A DNA stretch of 38,014 nt from positions 1-38,014 of IMG/VR virus record IMGVR_UViG_3300035670_000623, one strand, 5' to 3'. The position numbers and the translations under genes are program-made. This DNA is from a virus. Taxonomy: Duplodnaviria; Caudoviricetes. Shown in pieces: positions 10,107 through 19,944 of this stretch. The notes beneath the pieces were generated by a model. It had not been told where the DNA came from, did no database searches, and saw nothing but the letters and a program-made list of their open reading frames with translations. Each line of letters starts with the position of its first letter. Position 1 is the first letter of the stretch.

Positions 10107-10894
10107 CCCGTCAATTTCGTACCTTACCGCCATTTGGAGCCTCAGAGCGTGATGTTGCTGAGGTTTTGCGTGGGGCAATGGATGGGAAGACGAATAACAC
10201 AGGGACTTTGACCCTAGCGACAGGTAATGCCACTACAACGACCCTCTACGACGGGCGTATAGGCTACGAGAGCCTTATTTTCTTTGTCCCGGTATCTGAT
10301 GCCGCCGAAGCTGACGCAGCTCCCTACGGGGCGTTTTCAAGGAATACGAGCCAGACTGCTGGTGCTGCAATGACTCCGGCGACGATCCAATACGATACAA
10401 CGGAAGAATCTAGCGGAATTTACCTTTCTAATAACAGTCGGCTCAATGTCCGTAATGCGGGTGTTTATAACGTCCAGTTTTCGATTCAGTTGGCTAGTGA
10501 TGATAACGCTTTACAATACGCTGATGTTTGGTTCCGCAAAAATGGTTCAGACATTGCAAGATCGGCATCTCGAATAGACCTGCCTATTAGGAAAGCTGCT
10601 GGGAATCCTAGTCATGTGGTAGCTACTGTCAATACGTTTGTTGATTTAGCGGCGGGTGATTACGTTGAGGTGGCTGGATTGGTATCAGCCACGACAGTCT
10701 CGCTAATTAGTTACGCTGCAACAACTAGCCCTGATAGACCCGTTATTCCTGCTGCTATTGTCACAATGCAGTACATTGCGCCAATGGCAACTTCCAATCT
10801 TTACGTTTCAAACCAGCAACAAGGGCAAGCCACTGTTAGTCATTGGGCTAACGATACTGCTGATAAAACTTACGGATACATAATCGTCGGATGA
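10103..10894 (+). CDS. Virion protein with an internal C1q/TNF-like domain
   Basis: AGVYNVQFSIQL, VWFRKNG and FVDLAAGDYVEV match a C1q-like pattern. Confidence 0.6.
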   Translation: MTRQFRTLPPFGASERDVAEVLRGAMDGKTNNTGTLTLATGNATTTTLYDGRIGYESLIFFVPVSDAAEADAAPYGAFSRNTSQTAGAAMTPATIQYDTTEESSGIYLSNNSRLNVRNAGVYNVQFSIQLASDDNALQYADVWFRKNGSDIARSASRIDLPIRKAAGNPSHVVATVNTFVDLAAGDYVEVAGLVSATTVSLISYAATTSPDRPVIPAAIVTMQYIAPMATSNLYVSNQQQGQATVSHWANDTADKTYGYIIVG

Positions 10895-11292
10895 TTGAAT
10901 TTAAACTGATCGAGCCTGACCAACTTAGAAACTGGTGGATGAGCGTCAAGCCCGGACTAGAGGAAATAAAGAAGCGTAGCCCTGAGAACTGGATACCAGA
11001 GGATGTGTACGCAGACTGTTGGAATCAGAAATCTTTTCTATGGGTAGCGTTAAAAGATAGTCATTTTGCAGGGTACTTTGTATTGCAGCCTGTGAACCAA
11101 AAGCTCCATGTTTGGGCGGCTTGGACGTTAGAAAATGATTATCAGTTGGTGGAAAAAGGTTTACAATTTATCAAAGATATGGCAAGAGAAGCTAATATCA
11201 AATATTTAAGTTTCTCTAGTCATAGACCGGGGTGGGGTCGTAGGGCTAAAACCTATGGATTCCGTCCTAGAGAATGGATTAGCGAGGTGTGA
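10891..11292 (+). CDS. Putative GNAT-like internal virion protein
   Basis: Sits before the ejection genes; C-terminal SHRPGWGRRAKTYGF pattern. Confidence 0.45.
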   Translation: MIEFKLIEPDQLRNWWMSVKPGLEEIKKRSPENWIPEDVYADCWNQKSFLWVALKDSHFAGYFVLQPVNQKLHVWAAWTLENDYQLVEKGLQFIKDMAREANIKYLSFSSHRPGWGRRAKTYGFRPREWISEV

Positions 11293-11293
11293 T

Positions 11294-12292
11294 ATGGGTG
11301 GCGGCGGAAGCGAACAAAAGACGGAAATCGACCCGGAATTTAAGCCGTTTATGAAGTTTGGCTTGGAAGAAGCCAAGCGACTTTATGAAGGGATGCCAGC
11401 AGCACCGTCAACACTAGCGGTTAGTCCGTCTGCTGCTACGTTACAAGCGATGTCACTAGCCGAACAACGTGCTTTGGCTGGTTCTCCACTTACAGGACAA
11501 GCCCAAAACGTACTAGCTCAGCAAATGGGCTATACAAGCCCTTATGCCGGGAAGATCGAGGCTATGGGGATGGGTGCTTATGATCCCTCGGCAGGTTTCT
11601 ATCGTTCGATGATGGAAGGTCAGCCGGAATCTGAGGCTGCTCGGCTAACGAGATCGACTGCTGGCGGTGCTTATCTGAGTGGGGCTAGTCCGTATCTACA
11701 GGGTGCGTTATCTCAGGCTAATCGTCTAGCTGGTGAGGCTTTTGGCGAGAGCATGAAGGACTTACAGGCTAAGGCTGCTGCTGCTGGTCGTTATGGCTCA
11801 GGTGCAATGGCACAACAAACGGCTAAATCTCAGGATGTCTTAGCAAGAGCGTTAGCAGAACAGAATCAACAGGCTTATCTCCAGAATTACCAGCTAGAGC
11901 GTCAGGCTCAAGAACAGGCTATGGGTCGCTTGGGTAGTCTGGAGCAACAGGCGATAGCGAATCGCTTTGCTGGTGCTGGTGGTCTAACGGCTGGTGAGCA
12001 AGCAAACCTACGGACTCGTTTAGGGGCTTTAAGTGCGGCTTCTGATATTACGTCTGCTGATCTAGCGAGACAGGCTCAGGCTGCTCAGTTGGCTCCGTCA
12101 ATGGCTGCTCAGGATTACGCTGATATTCAGAAACTCTTACAGGTTGGTCAGGGTCGTGAGTCTTACGAGCAACAGGGTATCGAGGGCGCATTAAAGGCTC
12201 AGGATATACCGCTAGACCGTCTGCGTCGTACTACTAACATCTTCTATGGTGCGCCATTGGAGACTAAGACAGCTACTTCAGGGGGTAAATAA
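11294..12292 (+). CDS. DNA ejection / internal virion protein
   Basis: MGGGGS start (ATG 11294 after GAGGTG); Ala/Gln-rich helical, SPYLQ and GRYGSG motifs. Confidence 0.65.
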   Translation: MGGGGSEQKTEIDPEFKPFMKFGLEEAKRLYEGMPAAPSTLAVSPSAATLQAMSLAEQRALAGSPLTGQAQNVLAQQMGYTSPYAGKIEAMGMGAYDPSAGFYRSMMEGQPESEAARLTRSTAGGAYLSGASPYLQGALSQANRLAGEAFGESMKDLQAKAAAAGRYGSGAMAQQTAKSQDVLARALAEQNQQAYLQNYQLERQAQEQAMGRLGSLEQQAIANRFAGAGGLTAGEQANLRTRLGALSAASDITSADLARQAQAAQLAPSMAAQDYADIQKLLQVGQGRESYEQQGIEGALKAQDIPLDRLRRTTNIFYGAPLETKTATSGGK

Positions 12293-12738
12293 TGGGTGCG
12301 CCAATAGCTTTAGGTGCGATGCTAGGCGGTGTAACGTCTGCTGCTAGGGGTGGTAATCCGCTTACTGGTGCGCTATTAGGCGGTATCGGTGGTGGTGTAT
12401 TTGGTGCTGCTAGTGGTGCGGCTGGTGCTGCTAGTGGGGCTGGTGCTGCTCAGGCTGCGAATATCGCTGCTGCTCCTGCGGCTAGTATGGGTGCTATCAA
12501 TACGGCTGCTGGTCAAGCGATGGCTGCTCCTAGCCTGATGTCAACCTTACAGCAAGTGCCTAAGTCGTTTATGCAGTTTAGTAAAGATAATCCCTTTACC
12601 ATGAATATGGCATCGAATCTTGCCCAAGAAGAATTTAGACAGAAGCAGGTTCCAACCCCCGGATTGCTACGAGGCAGACCAGCAGAAGAACAGGCAATGC
12701 CTTATTCCTCGCCAGTACCTAAATTTACTTTGATGTAG
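12292..12738 (+). CDS. Gly/Ala-rich ejection (pilot) protein
   Basis: Glycine-zipper hydrophobic N-terminus; TAATG coupling. Confidence 0.6.
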   Translation: MGAPIALGAMLGGVTSAARGGNPLTGALLGGIGGGVFGAASGAAGAASGAGAAQAANIAAAPAASMGAINTAAGQAMAAPSLMSTLQQVPKSFMQFSKDNPFTMNMASNLAQEEFRQKQVPTPGLLRGRPAEEQAMPYSSPVPKFTLM

Positions 12739-12745
12739 GTGACAT

Positions 12746-14233
12746 ATGGCACTAGAAGATTACGTCCCTAATATCTTTGGTGGTACTCCAACCGTCTATC
12801 AGGGGTTGTTGAGTCCAAAGGAACAGGCTTCACTAGAGAAACGTTCTAACCTAGCTGGATTGCTAGGTTTTGGTGCTGCGTTAGCTCAAGGCATGGGTGG
12901 TGGTGGTTATCGTCGTTCTGCGCTACAGAATATCTTAACGGCTGCTGCTCAAGGGTTTTCAGGTGCAGGTCAGACGTATCAGGCTGGTATCGGTCAGATA
13001 GCCGATGTTCAGAAGCTCCAGCAGTCCAGAGCGCAAATGAACGCGATCAATCAGTTACTACAAGACCCGAGAGTAGCTAACGACCCGATGATGCAAGCGT
13101 ATATCCGGGCTAATCCTGCTGAGGCTATCAAATACTTTGCTGAGATGGCTCCGATTCGTGAGGCTATCTCGCCTTCTATGGCTCCTGCTGAGCCTACTGC
13201 TCCTGCGGCTGCTATGGCTGCACCACAAACGGAAATAACTGAGGCGGCTCCTGAGGGGAATGTTTTGCCAGAGGTAACGGTAACTGGTCAGGCTCCTAAA
13301 GTTGACCCGTTAGCAGCAAGAACACAGGCTTTATTGGCTGAAAATGAGCGTCTATCTCGTATCCCTACAAAGTTAGCTCAGGATAGAATTAAATCAAACC
13401 TAGAGCAAATTGATGCGATTAGTAAGCAAATATCGCGTCAATCTGTACTTGATTTTGATTTTGGAACTATTAAAGATACCGTTCCTCCGCAGTTTAAGGG
13501 TGAGGTTGATAAGCTACAGCAACTCGCTGTCACAGGCGGCATTACTGGTAACGAACTAAGACAAGGCTTGCAAGACCTAAATAAACGTGCGCTTGATTTT
13601 GTTACTAAAAAGACTGATTACACGAACCAAGATCGTCGTGTAGCTGCTGGTATGTTCCAAGGCAGACCGATTGAGGAATTGAATCCTGCTGAACTCATGC
13701 AACTTGAGAATAAGTTGTATGAGATGCGTATTGCAGAGCGTAAGGCAGGTGCTACGAGCATCAATATGCCTAGTGAATCTGAGCGTACTGCTGGATTCCT
13801 AACGAATCGCGTTGTCAATTCGCTAAATCAGTTGCAGACGGTAGTAGGCGCAAATCCTACGGCTGCATCTCCTAAGTTTAGTGCTGAGGCAGTCAAGTTC
13901 TTAACTGGCTCGGATTATCTGAAGAACCTAGCTAATCCTGAGTCTCGTCAGCAAGTTGAGGCTGCTCAGTTAGAGATTCTTGACGCTGCTCTTACGTTGG
14001 GTACGGGTGCTGCATATACCCGCGAACAGTTGGAAAACTACCGCAGGTCTTATTTCCCGATGCTTGGGGATAAGCCAGCAACTATCAAAGATAAGCAGAA
14101 TCGTCTAAAAAGCTTGCTTGACTCTGCGATGATTAAATCTGGTCGCGCTGCTCCAGCAATGCCGAGTAATGTAGCTCCAGCGTTTGATATGGACGCAATT
14201 CAACGTGAGTTAGATCGTAGAAAGGGCAAATAA
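12746..14233 (+). CDS. DNA ejection / internal virion protein
   Basis: Long helical Ala/Gln/Leu-rich protein in the ejection module. Confidence 0.6.
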   Translation: MALEDYVPNIFGGTPTVYQGLLSPKEQASLEKRSNLAGLLGFGAALAQGMGGGGYRRSALQNILTAAAQGFSGAGQTYQAGIGQIADVQKLQQSRAQMNAINQLLQDPRVANDPMMQAYIRANPAEAIKYFAEMAPIREAISPSMAPAEPTAPAAAMAAPQTEITEAAPEGNVLPEVTVTGQAPKVDPLAARTQALLAENERLSRIPTKLAQDRIKSNLEQIDAISKQISRQSVLDFDFGTIKDTVPPQFKGEVDKLQQLAVTGGITGNELRQGLQDLNKRALDFVTKKTDYTNQDRRVAAGMFQGRPIEELNPAELMQLENKLYEMRIAERKAGATSINMPSESERTAGFLTNRVVNSLNQLQTVVGANPTAASPKFSAEAVKFLTGSDYLKNLANPESRQQVEAAQLEILDAALTLGTGAAYTREQLENYRRSYFPMLGDKPATIKDKQNRLKSLLDSAMIKSGRAAPAMPSNVAPAFDMDAIQRELDRRKGK

Positions 14234-15837
14234 TGGATTTGTCCAAACTCTCTACCAAAGACCTAGAGTACCTTAGGGCTGGAAAGCTAGACAAGGTATC
14301 GACTGCTGGTCTTGAGGAAATTGCTAAACAGCAAGGAACTCCGGCTGTTCCTAGCCCGTCTGTAGTTGCTCCTGTTCCATATTCTACTGGTGCTGAGACT
14401 GCTAGGGCTGCTGCTCAAGGGCTTACCTTTGGATTCGCTGATGAGCTAGAGGCTGCATTTAGGTCTGGTGCTATTTCTGGTGCTGAGTACGAAAAAATTA
14501 GAGATCAGTTACGAGCACAGCAAGGGCAATTTGCTCAGGAACAGCCTTTAAGGGCTGGTGGTACTGAGTTTGGCGCAAGTATGCTTGCTCCTGCTGCTGT
14601 AATGACAAAGCCAGTAACTCGCGGTGCAGGGATCATAGGCGATGTTCTACTAGGTACTGGTATGGGTGCTGCTACTGGTGCTGGTAAGGCTACTGAGGAT
14701 GTCACTGGAGGGGCTGTTACTAGCGGGCTAATGGGTGGTGCAGGAACTGCGGTTCTTAGCGGTGCTGGTCGTTTAATGGCTCCTGCTGTACGTCCTGAAG
14801 CTGCTGCATTACGTCAGCAAGGTATATCTTTAACTCCGGGTTCTGCGTTTGGTGGTCGTATTCAACAAATGGAACAAGCCGCGGAGAGTATGCCATTGGT
14901 AGGCGGTATCGTAAGCGGTGCTAGAGAGCGTCAATTCTCAGAGTTTAATGTTGCGGCTTATAACAAGGTTCTTGGTAATCTTGACCCTAAGTTGAAGGTT
15001 CCACAAGGGCTAACTGGTCGTGATGCTTACTTGTTTGTAGAAAAGTCGATTCAAGACAAATATAACGATGTAGTTCCTGATCTAGCGGTCAAGTTCACCC
15101 CTAAAGTTCAGTCTGGATTTGATGCTATCAAGAATCGTTATTCAAAAGGCAATTTGTCTGAGGCTGACAAACAACAGTTTCAGACCTATGTAGATGCGCT
15201 AGAGGCTGACTTTAGGGCTTCAGGTGTTGTCTCTGGTCAGAAAGCTCAGGCTATTAAACAAGACTTAGCTAAATTATCTGGAACGTATGGCGCTGGTACA
15301 GGATCAACAAAGCTATTAGGTGAAGCCTTCAAGGAATTAGAGGGTTTTTACATGAATACTTTGCGGAACCAGAATCCTAAGTATGCAGGTGATTTGAAGA
15401 AGGTTGATTCTGCCTATCGTGATTTTGTTCGAGTCCAGACTGCTATGGCTAAGACTCGCGGCGAGGAAGGCGTATTTAGTCCTGCTCAATTAGAGTCTGC
15501 TGTACGTCAAGCTGATATATCTAAGCGTAAAGGTGCATTTGCTAGAGGTGCTGCGCCTATGCAAGACCTATCTAGCCGCGCTACTTCTATCCTTGGTCAG
15601 AAAGTGCCTGATAGCGGTACAGCAACTAGAGGCATGACAGGGGCTTTGCTAACTGGTGGGGCTGGTTACGTTGATCCGATGGCAGGTGCATTGACAGCCC
15701 TAATGACTGCTCCTTACTATCGTTTAGGTGAGAAAGCTATGTTTGCGCCTAGACCAGCGACATTTGCTGAGGCTGTACAGAGAGCTAGAACTGCATCTCC
15801 GTTTGCTGTTCCCGGACTACTTGGATTGGTGGAATAA
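14233..15837 (+). CDS. DNA ejection / transfer protein
   Basis: AQGLTFGFADEL motif, glycine-rich hydrophobic segments; last gene of the ejection module. Confidence 0.6.
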   Translation: MDLSKLSTKDLEYLRAGKLDKVSTAGLEEIAKQQGTPAVPSPSVVAPVPYSTGAETARAAAQGLTFGFADELEAAFRSGAISGAEYEKIRDQLRAQQGQFAQEQPLRAGGTEFGASMLAPAAVMTKPVTRGAGIIGDVLLGTGMGAATGAGKATEDVTGGAVTSGLMGGAGTAVLSGAGRLMAPAVRPEAAALRQQGISLTPGSAFGGRIQQMEQAAESMPLVGGIVSGARERQFSEFNVAAYNKVLGNLDPKLKVPQGLTGRDAYLFVEKSIQDKYNDVVPDLAVKFTPKVQSGFDAIKNRYSKGNLSEADKQQFQTYVDALEADFRASGVVSGQKAQAIKQDLAKLSGTYGAGTGSTKLLGEAFKELEGFYMNTLRNQNPKYAGDLKKVDSAYRDFVRVQTAMAKTRGEEGVFSPAQLESAVRQADISKRKGAFARGAAPMQDLSSRATSILGQKVPDSGTATRGMTGALLTGGAGYVDPMAGALTALMTAPYYRLGEKAMFAPRPATFAEAVQRARTASPFAVPGLLGLVE

Positions 15838-15840
15838 ATC

Positions 15841-17001
15841 ATGGCAAAGAACAAGATTAGCGAATACAGCGCAACAGCGGCTAATAACACTGACATTGGT
15901 GGGATTAATATCGCGGAAGGGTGCGCACCTAGCAATATTAATAACGCTCTTCGGGAACTTATGGCGCAGTTAAAGGATCAGCAGACTGGTGCTGATAGCG
16001 ATAACTTTACTGTTGGTGGTGATTTATCTGTTTCTGGGAGCGTTACCCTAACTACTGCTTTGCCGATAGCTCAGGGCGGTACTGGAAACACTACAGCATC
16101 GACAGCGATTAACGCTCTGATGCCTTCTCAGACAAGTAACTCAGGTAAATACCTAACGACTGACGGTGTTAGCGTTGCTTGGGGTACTGTTACTCCGGGA
16201 ACTGGTACGGTCACTAGCGTAGGTCTAACGTCTAACTTATCAGGTATTACGGTTGCTGGATCGCCTGTAACGTCATCTGGAACTATATCACTCAGTGGCA
16301 CATTAAACGTGGCTAACGGTGGTACTGGTGCAGCTTCACTATCCACAGGTGCGGTATTGGTGGGTAACGGTACGTCTGCCGTATCGTCAGTAGCCCCTAG
16401 CTCTAGCGGTAACGTCCTGACATCTAACGGTAGCTCTTGGTCATCGGCTGCTTTGCCTGTAGCGTCATCATCGGTATCTGGCGTTGTTAATACTGGCACT
16501 CAGACCTTTGCAGGCTCTAAGACGTTTAGCACAGGCGTAACGTCAGCGAATGGTTATAACTTTACCTCAAATAGTTCGGTGTTCTGGACGGGTGCTGAGG
16601 CTCAGATTCGTATCGCTGGCAATATGCGCTTATTCGTAGGTGCTACATCGGCTGGTTTCGACTTGTCAGACGTTCAAAAAGTCGGTGGTGGTACGTTTAA
16701 CGTTTACTCAGATAATCGTTACAAGCAGGACATTGTTTCGTATGATAGAGGCTTGGCAGAACTGAAGCAGATTAACACTAAGAAATACCGTTATACCGCT
16801 GAGTTTATGAAGTCTGATAGCCCGTCTCAAGAGTTCGTTGGGGTTATTGCTCAGGACTTAGAAAATACCGTATTTTCCAACTGTGTAAAGACGGATGACA
16901 AAGGTTTTAAGATTGTAGATACATCTGAACTCACGTTTGCTCTGATTAACGCAGTAAAAGAGATGAGCCAGCGTATTGAACAGCTTGAGGCTTCAAAATG
17001 A
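15841..17001 (+). CDS. Tail fibre/spike with C-terminal intramolecular chaperone (peptidase S74)
   Basis: GCAPSNINNALRELMA N-terminal anchor, GGTG fibre repeats, SDNRYKQDI...GVIAQDLE...LINAVKEM. Confidence 0.8.
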   Translation: MAKNKISEYSATAANNTDIGGINIAEGCAPSNINNALRELMAQLKDQQTGADSDNFTVGGDLSVSGSVTLTTALPIAQGGTGNTTASTAINALMPSQTSNSGKYLTTDGVSVAWGTVTPGTGTVTSVGLTSNLSGITVAGSPVTSSGTISLSGTLNVANGGTGAASLSTGAVLVGNGTSAVSSVAPSSSGNVLTSNGSSWSSAALPVASSSVSGVVNTGTQTFAGSKTFSTGVTSANGYNFTSNSSVFWTGAEAQIRIAGNMRLFVGATSAGFDLSDVQKVGGGTFNVYSDNRYKQDIVSYDRGLAELKQINTKKYRYTAEFMKSDSPSQEFVGVIAQDLENTVFSNCVKTDDKGFKIVDTSELTFALINAVKEMSQRIEQLEASK

Positions 17002-17189
17002 CGGATATAACTAAAACGGCATCGGTAGTTACTTACAGCGGTTCTGCGACTGCTGTTTTTTTTGGGCTAACGGCTAATGAGTTTGCGGCTTTAGGCGGTC
17101 TTGCTATTGCTGTGATCGGTCTGTTGGTCAATATCTGGTTCAAGATGCAGCACTTAAAGATAGCCAGAAAACAAGCAGACGATGAGTAG
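16998..17189 (+). CDS. Putative holin
   Basis: 63 aa with one or two hydrophobic segments and a charged C-terminus, directly upstream of the endolysin. Confidence 0.65.
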   Translation: MTDITKTASVVTYSGSATAVFFGLTANEFAALGGLAIAVIGLLVNIWFKMQHLKIARKQADDE

Positions 17190-17643
17190 TAGGACAGTCA
17201 TTGCTAGTTTAACGCTGTCTGCGGCGGCGTTGATTGGCATTGCTGTCCACGAAGGTTATCGAGAATCCGCCTATATCCCTGTAGCTGGGGATGTTCCTAC
17301 CATTGGGTTCGGCGACACCCATAACGTCAAGATCGGTGACAAAACCGACCCTATCAGGGCTTTAATCAAGCTCTCTCAGCACACTGAATCTTTCCAAAAA
17401 GACCTAAAACGCTGCATTGGCGATGTGCCTATGTATCAGCATGAATGGGATGCCATCGTTTCATGGTCATACAACATCGGCACTGGTGCTGCTTGTAAGT
17501 CCACTCTTGTCAAGAAATTAAAAATGCGTGACTATTCGGCTGCCTGTAAAGAGTTGCTGAAATGGAACAAGTTTAACGGCAAGGAATTGAAGGGTCTAAC
17601 GGCTCGTCGCCAGCAGGAGTACAGACTATGTATTGGAGAATAG
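17182..17643 (+). CDS. Endolysin, GH24 lysozyme with probable SAR anchor
   Basis: Weakly hydrophobic Ala/Ser-rich N-terminus followed by HEG...GDVPTIGFG, YNIG and GLTARRQQE. Confidence 0.9.
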   Translation: MSSRTVIASLTLSAAALIGIAVHEGYRESAYIPVAGDVPTIGFGDTHNVKIGDKTDPIRALIKLSQHTESFQKDLKRCIGDVPMYQHEWDAIVSWSYNIGTGAACKSTLVKKLKMRDYSAACKELLKWNKFNGKELKGLTARRQQEYRLCIGE

Positions 17644-18101
17644 CTGCGGTTGCTGTGACTTGTTTGGTATTAGCGGGGGCAGGATGGAAATGTTATGTGA
17701 TGGGAAAGCAGTCCGTTCAGGCAAAGTGGGATGCGGAGAGGGCTGCAAGTGCTTTAGCTGCGGTAGAGAGTTTCAAGAAGCAGCAGGAAGTTGCCGATTC
17801 TGTAGCAAAGACTGTAGTCGAGTCTGCCAGAAAGGATCGGATCGTTTACCGGACACTAACGAAAGAGGTTGATCGTGTATCGAATGATTGCCCTATTAGT
17901 TCTACTTTCGGGATGCTCCACGATGCAGCCGCAACAGCCAGTATGTCGGATAGCAGTTCCACCGGAGCTAATGGCTCCACCATTGCCGCTAAAGACGTTG
18001 CCGAAACAGTAATAGAGAATTATGAATCTTGCCGAGATTCGAATAGGCGATTAGAGGCGTTACAGACCATCATTCGGCAATACAACAAGGAGGTTCCATG
18101 A
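17628..18101 (+). CDS. Rz: Inner-membrane spanin (Rz-like)
   Basis: N-terminal transmembrane segment and coiled coil; follows the endolysin and contains an embedded lipoprotein ORF. Confidence 0.75.
   Translation: MYWRIAAVAVTCLVLAGAGWKCYVMGKQSVQAKWDAERAASALAAVESFKKQQEVADSVAKTVVESARKDRIVYRTLTKEVDRVSNDCPISSTFGMLHDAAATASMSDSSSTGANGSTIAAKDVAETVIENYESCRDSNRRLEALQTIIRQYNKEVP
17875..18012 (+). CDS. Rz1: Outer-membrane spanin lipoprotein (Rz1-like), embedded in Rz; not in ORF track
   Basis: GTG start after AGAGGT. Hand translation MYRMIALLVLLSGCSTMQPQQPVCRIAVPPELMAPPLPLKTLPKQ has an LSGC lipobox and is Pro-rich. Confidence 0.8.
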   Translation: MYRMIALLVLLSGCSTMQPQQPVCRIAVPPELMAPPLPLKTLPKQ

Positions 18102-18400
18102 AGTACCTAATTGCCTTGATGTTTCCCTTAATTGCCATTGCTGACGATATGCCACAGGCTGCGGGGTTTGCTAACAATGCGGGTGGTTGGACGATTGTAA
18201 CGAACCGTCAGGAATACTGTGCTGAGAAGAATATGCGGGATGGATACGCTTTCGGCACTAACGGTAAGGGTTATTTGCGGTTTTGCTGGTTATTGCAAAA
18301 TGATAAGGTCATGGTTGTGTTTGATAATGGTCAAACAGCCGTTTGGTCTGTTCATTCGTTCGAGTATTTAGCTGCTGAACCGGAGATAAATCCATCGTGA
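18098..18400 (+). CDS. Secreted/periplasmic hypothetical protein
   Basis: Signal peptide MKYLIALMFPLIAIA, two Cys, RBS AAGGAGGT. Confidence 0.65.
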   Translation: MKYLIALMFPLIAIADDMPQAAGFANNAGGWTIVTNRQEYCAEKNMRDGYAFGTNGKGYLRFCWLLQNDKVMVVFDNGQTAVWSVHSFEYLAAEPEINPS

Positions 18401-18594
18401 AGAAGAAGATTCCTGACGATTGTATGCCGATGTGTCGTACTTGTAGTTTTTACGCAGGTGATAAAAAAGAAGAATTCGGGGAATGTAGGAGATTTCCTCC
18501 TCAGATTATCCCCGACGAGGATGGAGTTGGCTTCTCTTTTGCCATTACCGCAGAGGATCAATGGTGCGGAGAGTATCGTAGAGCAACTAACTAA
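18397..18594 (+). CDS. Small Cys-rich (metal-binding) phage protein
   Basis: CRTC...CRRFPP...WCGE pattern; GTGA overlap. Confidence 0.65.
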   Translation: MKKKIPDDCMPMCRTCSFYAGDKKEEFGECRRFPPQIIPDEDGVGFSFAITAEDQWCGEYRRATN

Positions 18595-18602
18595 GGTGGC
18601 TT

Positions 18603-19556
18603 ATGAAACGCAAATCGTGTACAGACGAGGAGTTTATTCGTCTGTGGAATGAGTCTGGTAGTCCGTCAAAGGTAGCTCAGGCATTAGACATTAACATAAG
18701 AAACATTCACATAAGACGTAGGGCTATAGAAAAGAAGTTTTCTATCGTCTTAAAGGGTACAGCACCACAAAGCCCTGATTTTAAGATCACATACCCAGAG
18801 AACAACGTAAGGACGTTAGTTGATATTTCTGACGGATATGTGGTTGTAGCCTCAGATTGCCACTATATGCCCGATGAAGTTAGTCCGGCACACAAGGCAT
18901 TGATAAAGGTCATCAAAGCGGTTAAACCGAAGATGGTCATTATGAATGGCGATGTGTTTGACGGGGCAAGTATCTCTCGTCATCCTGTATCTGGATGGGG
19001 ATCAACTCCTAGCGTAAAGCAGGAGCTAGAAGCCTGTCAGGAGCGTCTAGGAGAGGTCGAGAAGGCTGCAAAAGGTGCTGCCCTACACTGGACATGGGGC
19101 AACCATGATATGCGCTTTAACGCCCGTTTAGCGGCTCAGGTAGGGGATACTTGGAAGGGTGTTGAGGGCATGGACTTGAGAGACCATTTCCCTCGATGGA
19201 AGTTCTCCACTAGCGTGATGGTCAATGACAAGGTAATGATTAAACATCGTTATCATAATGGCATCCATGCTGTGTACAACAATACCCTAAAGTCCGGTGT
19301 TTCTATTGTTACTGGGCATTTACACAGTCTTAAGGTTACGCCTTGGACGGACTACACTGGAACAAGGTACGGTGTAGATACAGGTACTCTAGCGTTTATC
19401 GATGGGTCTCAGTTTGATTACGCTGAGGATAGCCCTAAGAACTGGCGGTCAGGATTTGCGGTATTGCATTTCATTGACGGAAAGTTAATGCCGCCAGAGC
19501 TAGTGCAGGTCATTGGGGATCAGTTCTATTTCCGAGGTGAGCTAATAGATACATGA
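18603..19556 (+). CDS. Calcineurin-like metallophosphoesterase with N-terminal HTH-like region
   Basis: SDCH, NGD, GNHD, H and GHLH motifs in canonical order. Confidence 0.85.
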   Translation: MKRKSCTDEEFIRLWNESGSPSKVAQALDINIRNIHIRRRAIEKKFSIVLKGTAPQSPDFKITYPENNVRTLVDISDGYVVVASDCHYMPDEVSPAHKALIKVIKAVKPKMVIMNGDVFDGASISRHPVSGWGSTPSVKQELEACQERLGEVEKAAKGAALHWTWGNHDMRFNARLAAQVGDTWKGVEGMDLRDHFPRWKFSTSVMVNDKVMIKHRYHNGIHAVYNNTLKSGVSIVTGHLHSLKVTPWTDYTGTRYGVDTGTLAFIDGSQFDYAEDSPKNWRSGFAVLHFIDGKLMPPELVQVIGDQFYFRGELIDT

Positions 19557-19561
19557 ATGGA

Positions 19562-19768
19562 TTATTGAATGGATTTCTGAGCCTCTTTTGCTATCTCTGA
19601 AGCCGTTTTTATCATCTGTTCATAAGTCTGACCGCCACCCCTAGCGATTAAGCCTCCGAGAACCGCTGCGAAGAAGATACGCCAATCGTCATTAACTTGG
19701 CTTGTTGCTTCCTGTGGCTCGTTTTTATCCCATTTAGGGTCATCTGGATTCTTGCGAGGTCTGCCCAT
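19562..19768 (-). CDS. Hypothetical protein with AT-hook-like GRPRK start
   Basis: ORF track; last gene of the leftward operon. Confidence 0.6.
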   Translation of the reverse strand: MGRPRKNPDDPKWDKNEPQEATSQVNDDWRIFFAAVLGGLIARGGGQTYEQMIKTASEIAKEAQKSIQ

Positions 19769-19944
19769 TAGCCGATATTCCTTTCGTGGTTTAGTTGGCT
19801 GATTAACTCTTGTAGCCGGATGATCTCGGAACGAAGCTGAAGTACGAGGGCTTTGGATTGTTCATGCCCTGCTTTCCATGCCCGATAGTGTTCAACTGTC
19901 GCGTCTGGCATATTCTGATCTGCCCATTCCGAGAATCTGTCCAT
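19768..19944 (-). CDS. 58-aa hypothetical protein (not in ORF track)
   Basis: MDRFSEWADQNMPDATVEHYRAWKAG...NIG; TAATG overlaps with both neighbours fill the gap exactly. Confidence 0.7.
   Translation of the reverse strand: MDRFSEWADQNMPDATVEHYRAWKAGHEQSKALVLQLRSEIIRLQELISQLNHERNIG

Noticed and set aside
12400-12530. GGTGCT/GCTGCT low-complexity repeats
   Set aside because: Explained by Gly/Ala codons of the ejection protein.
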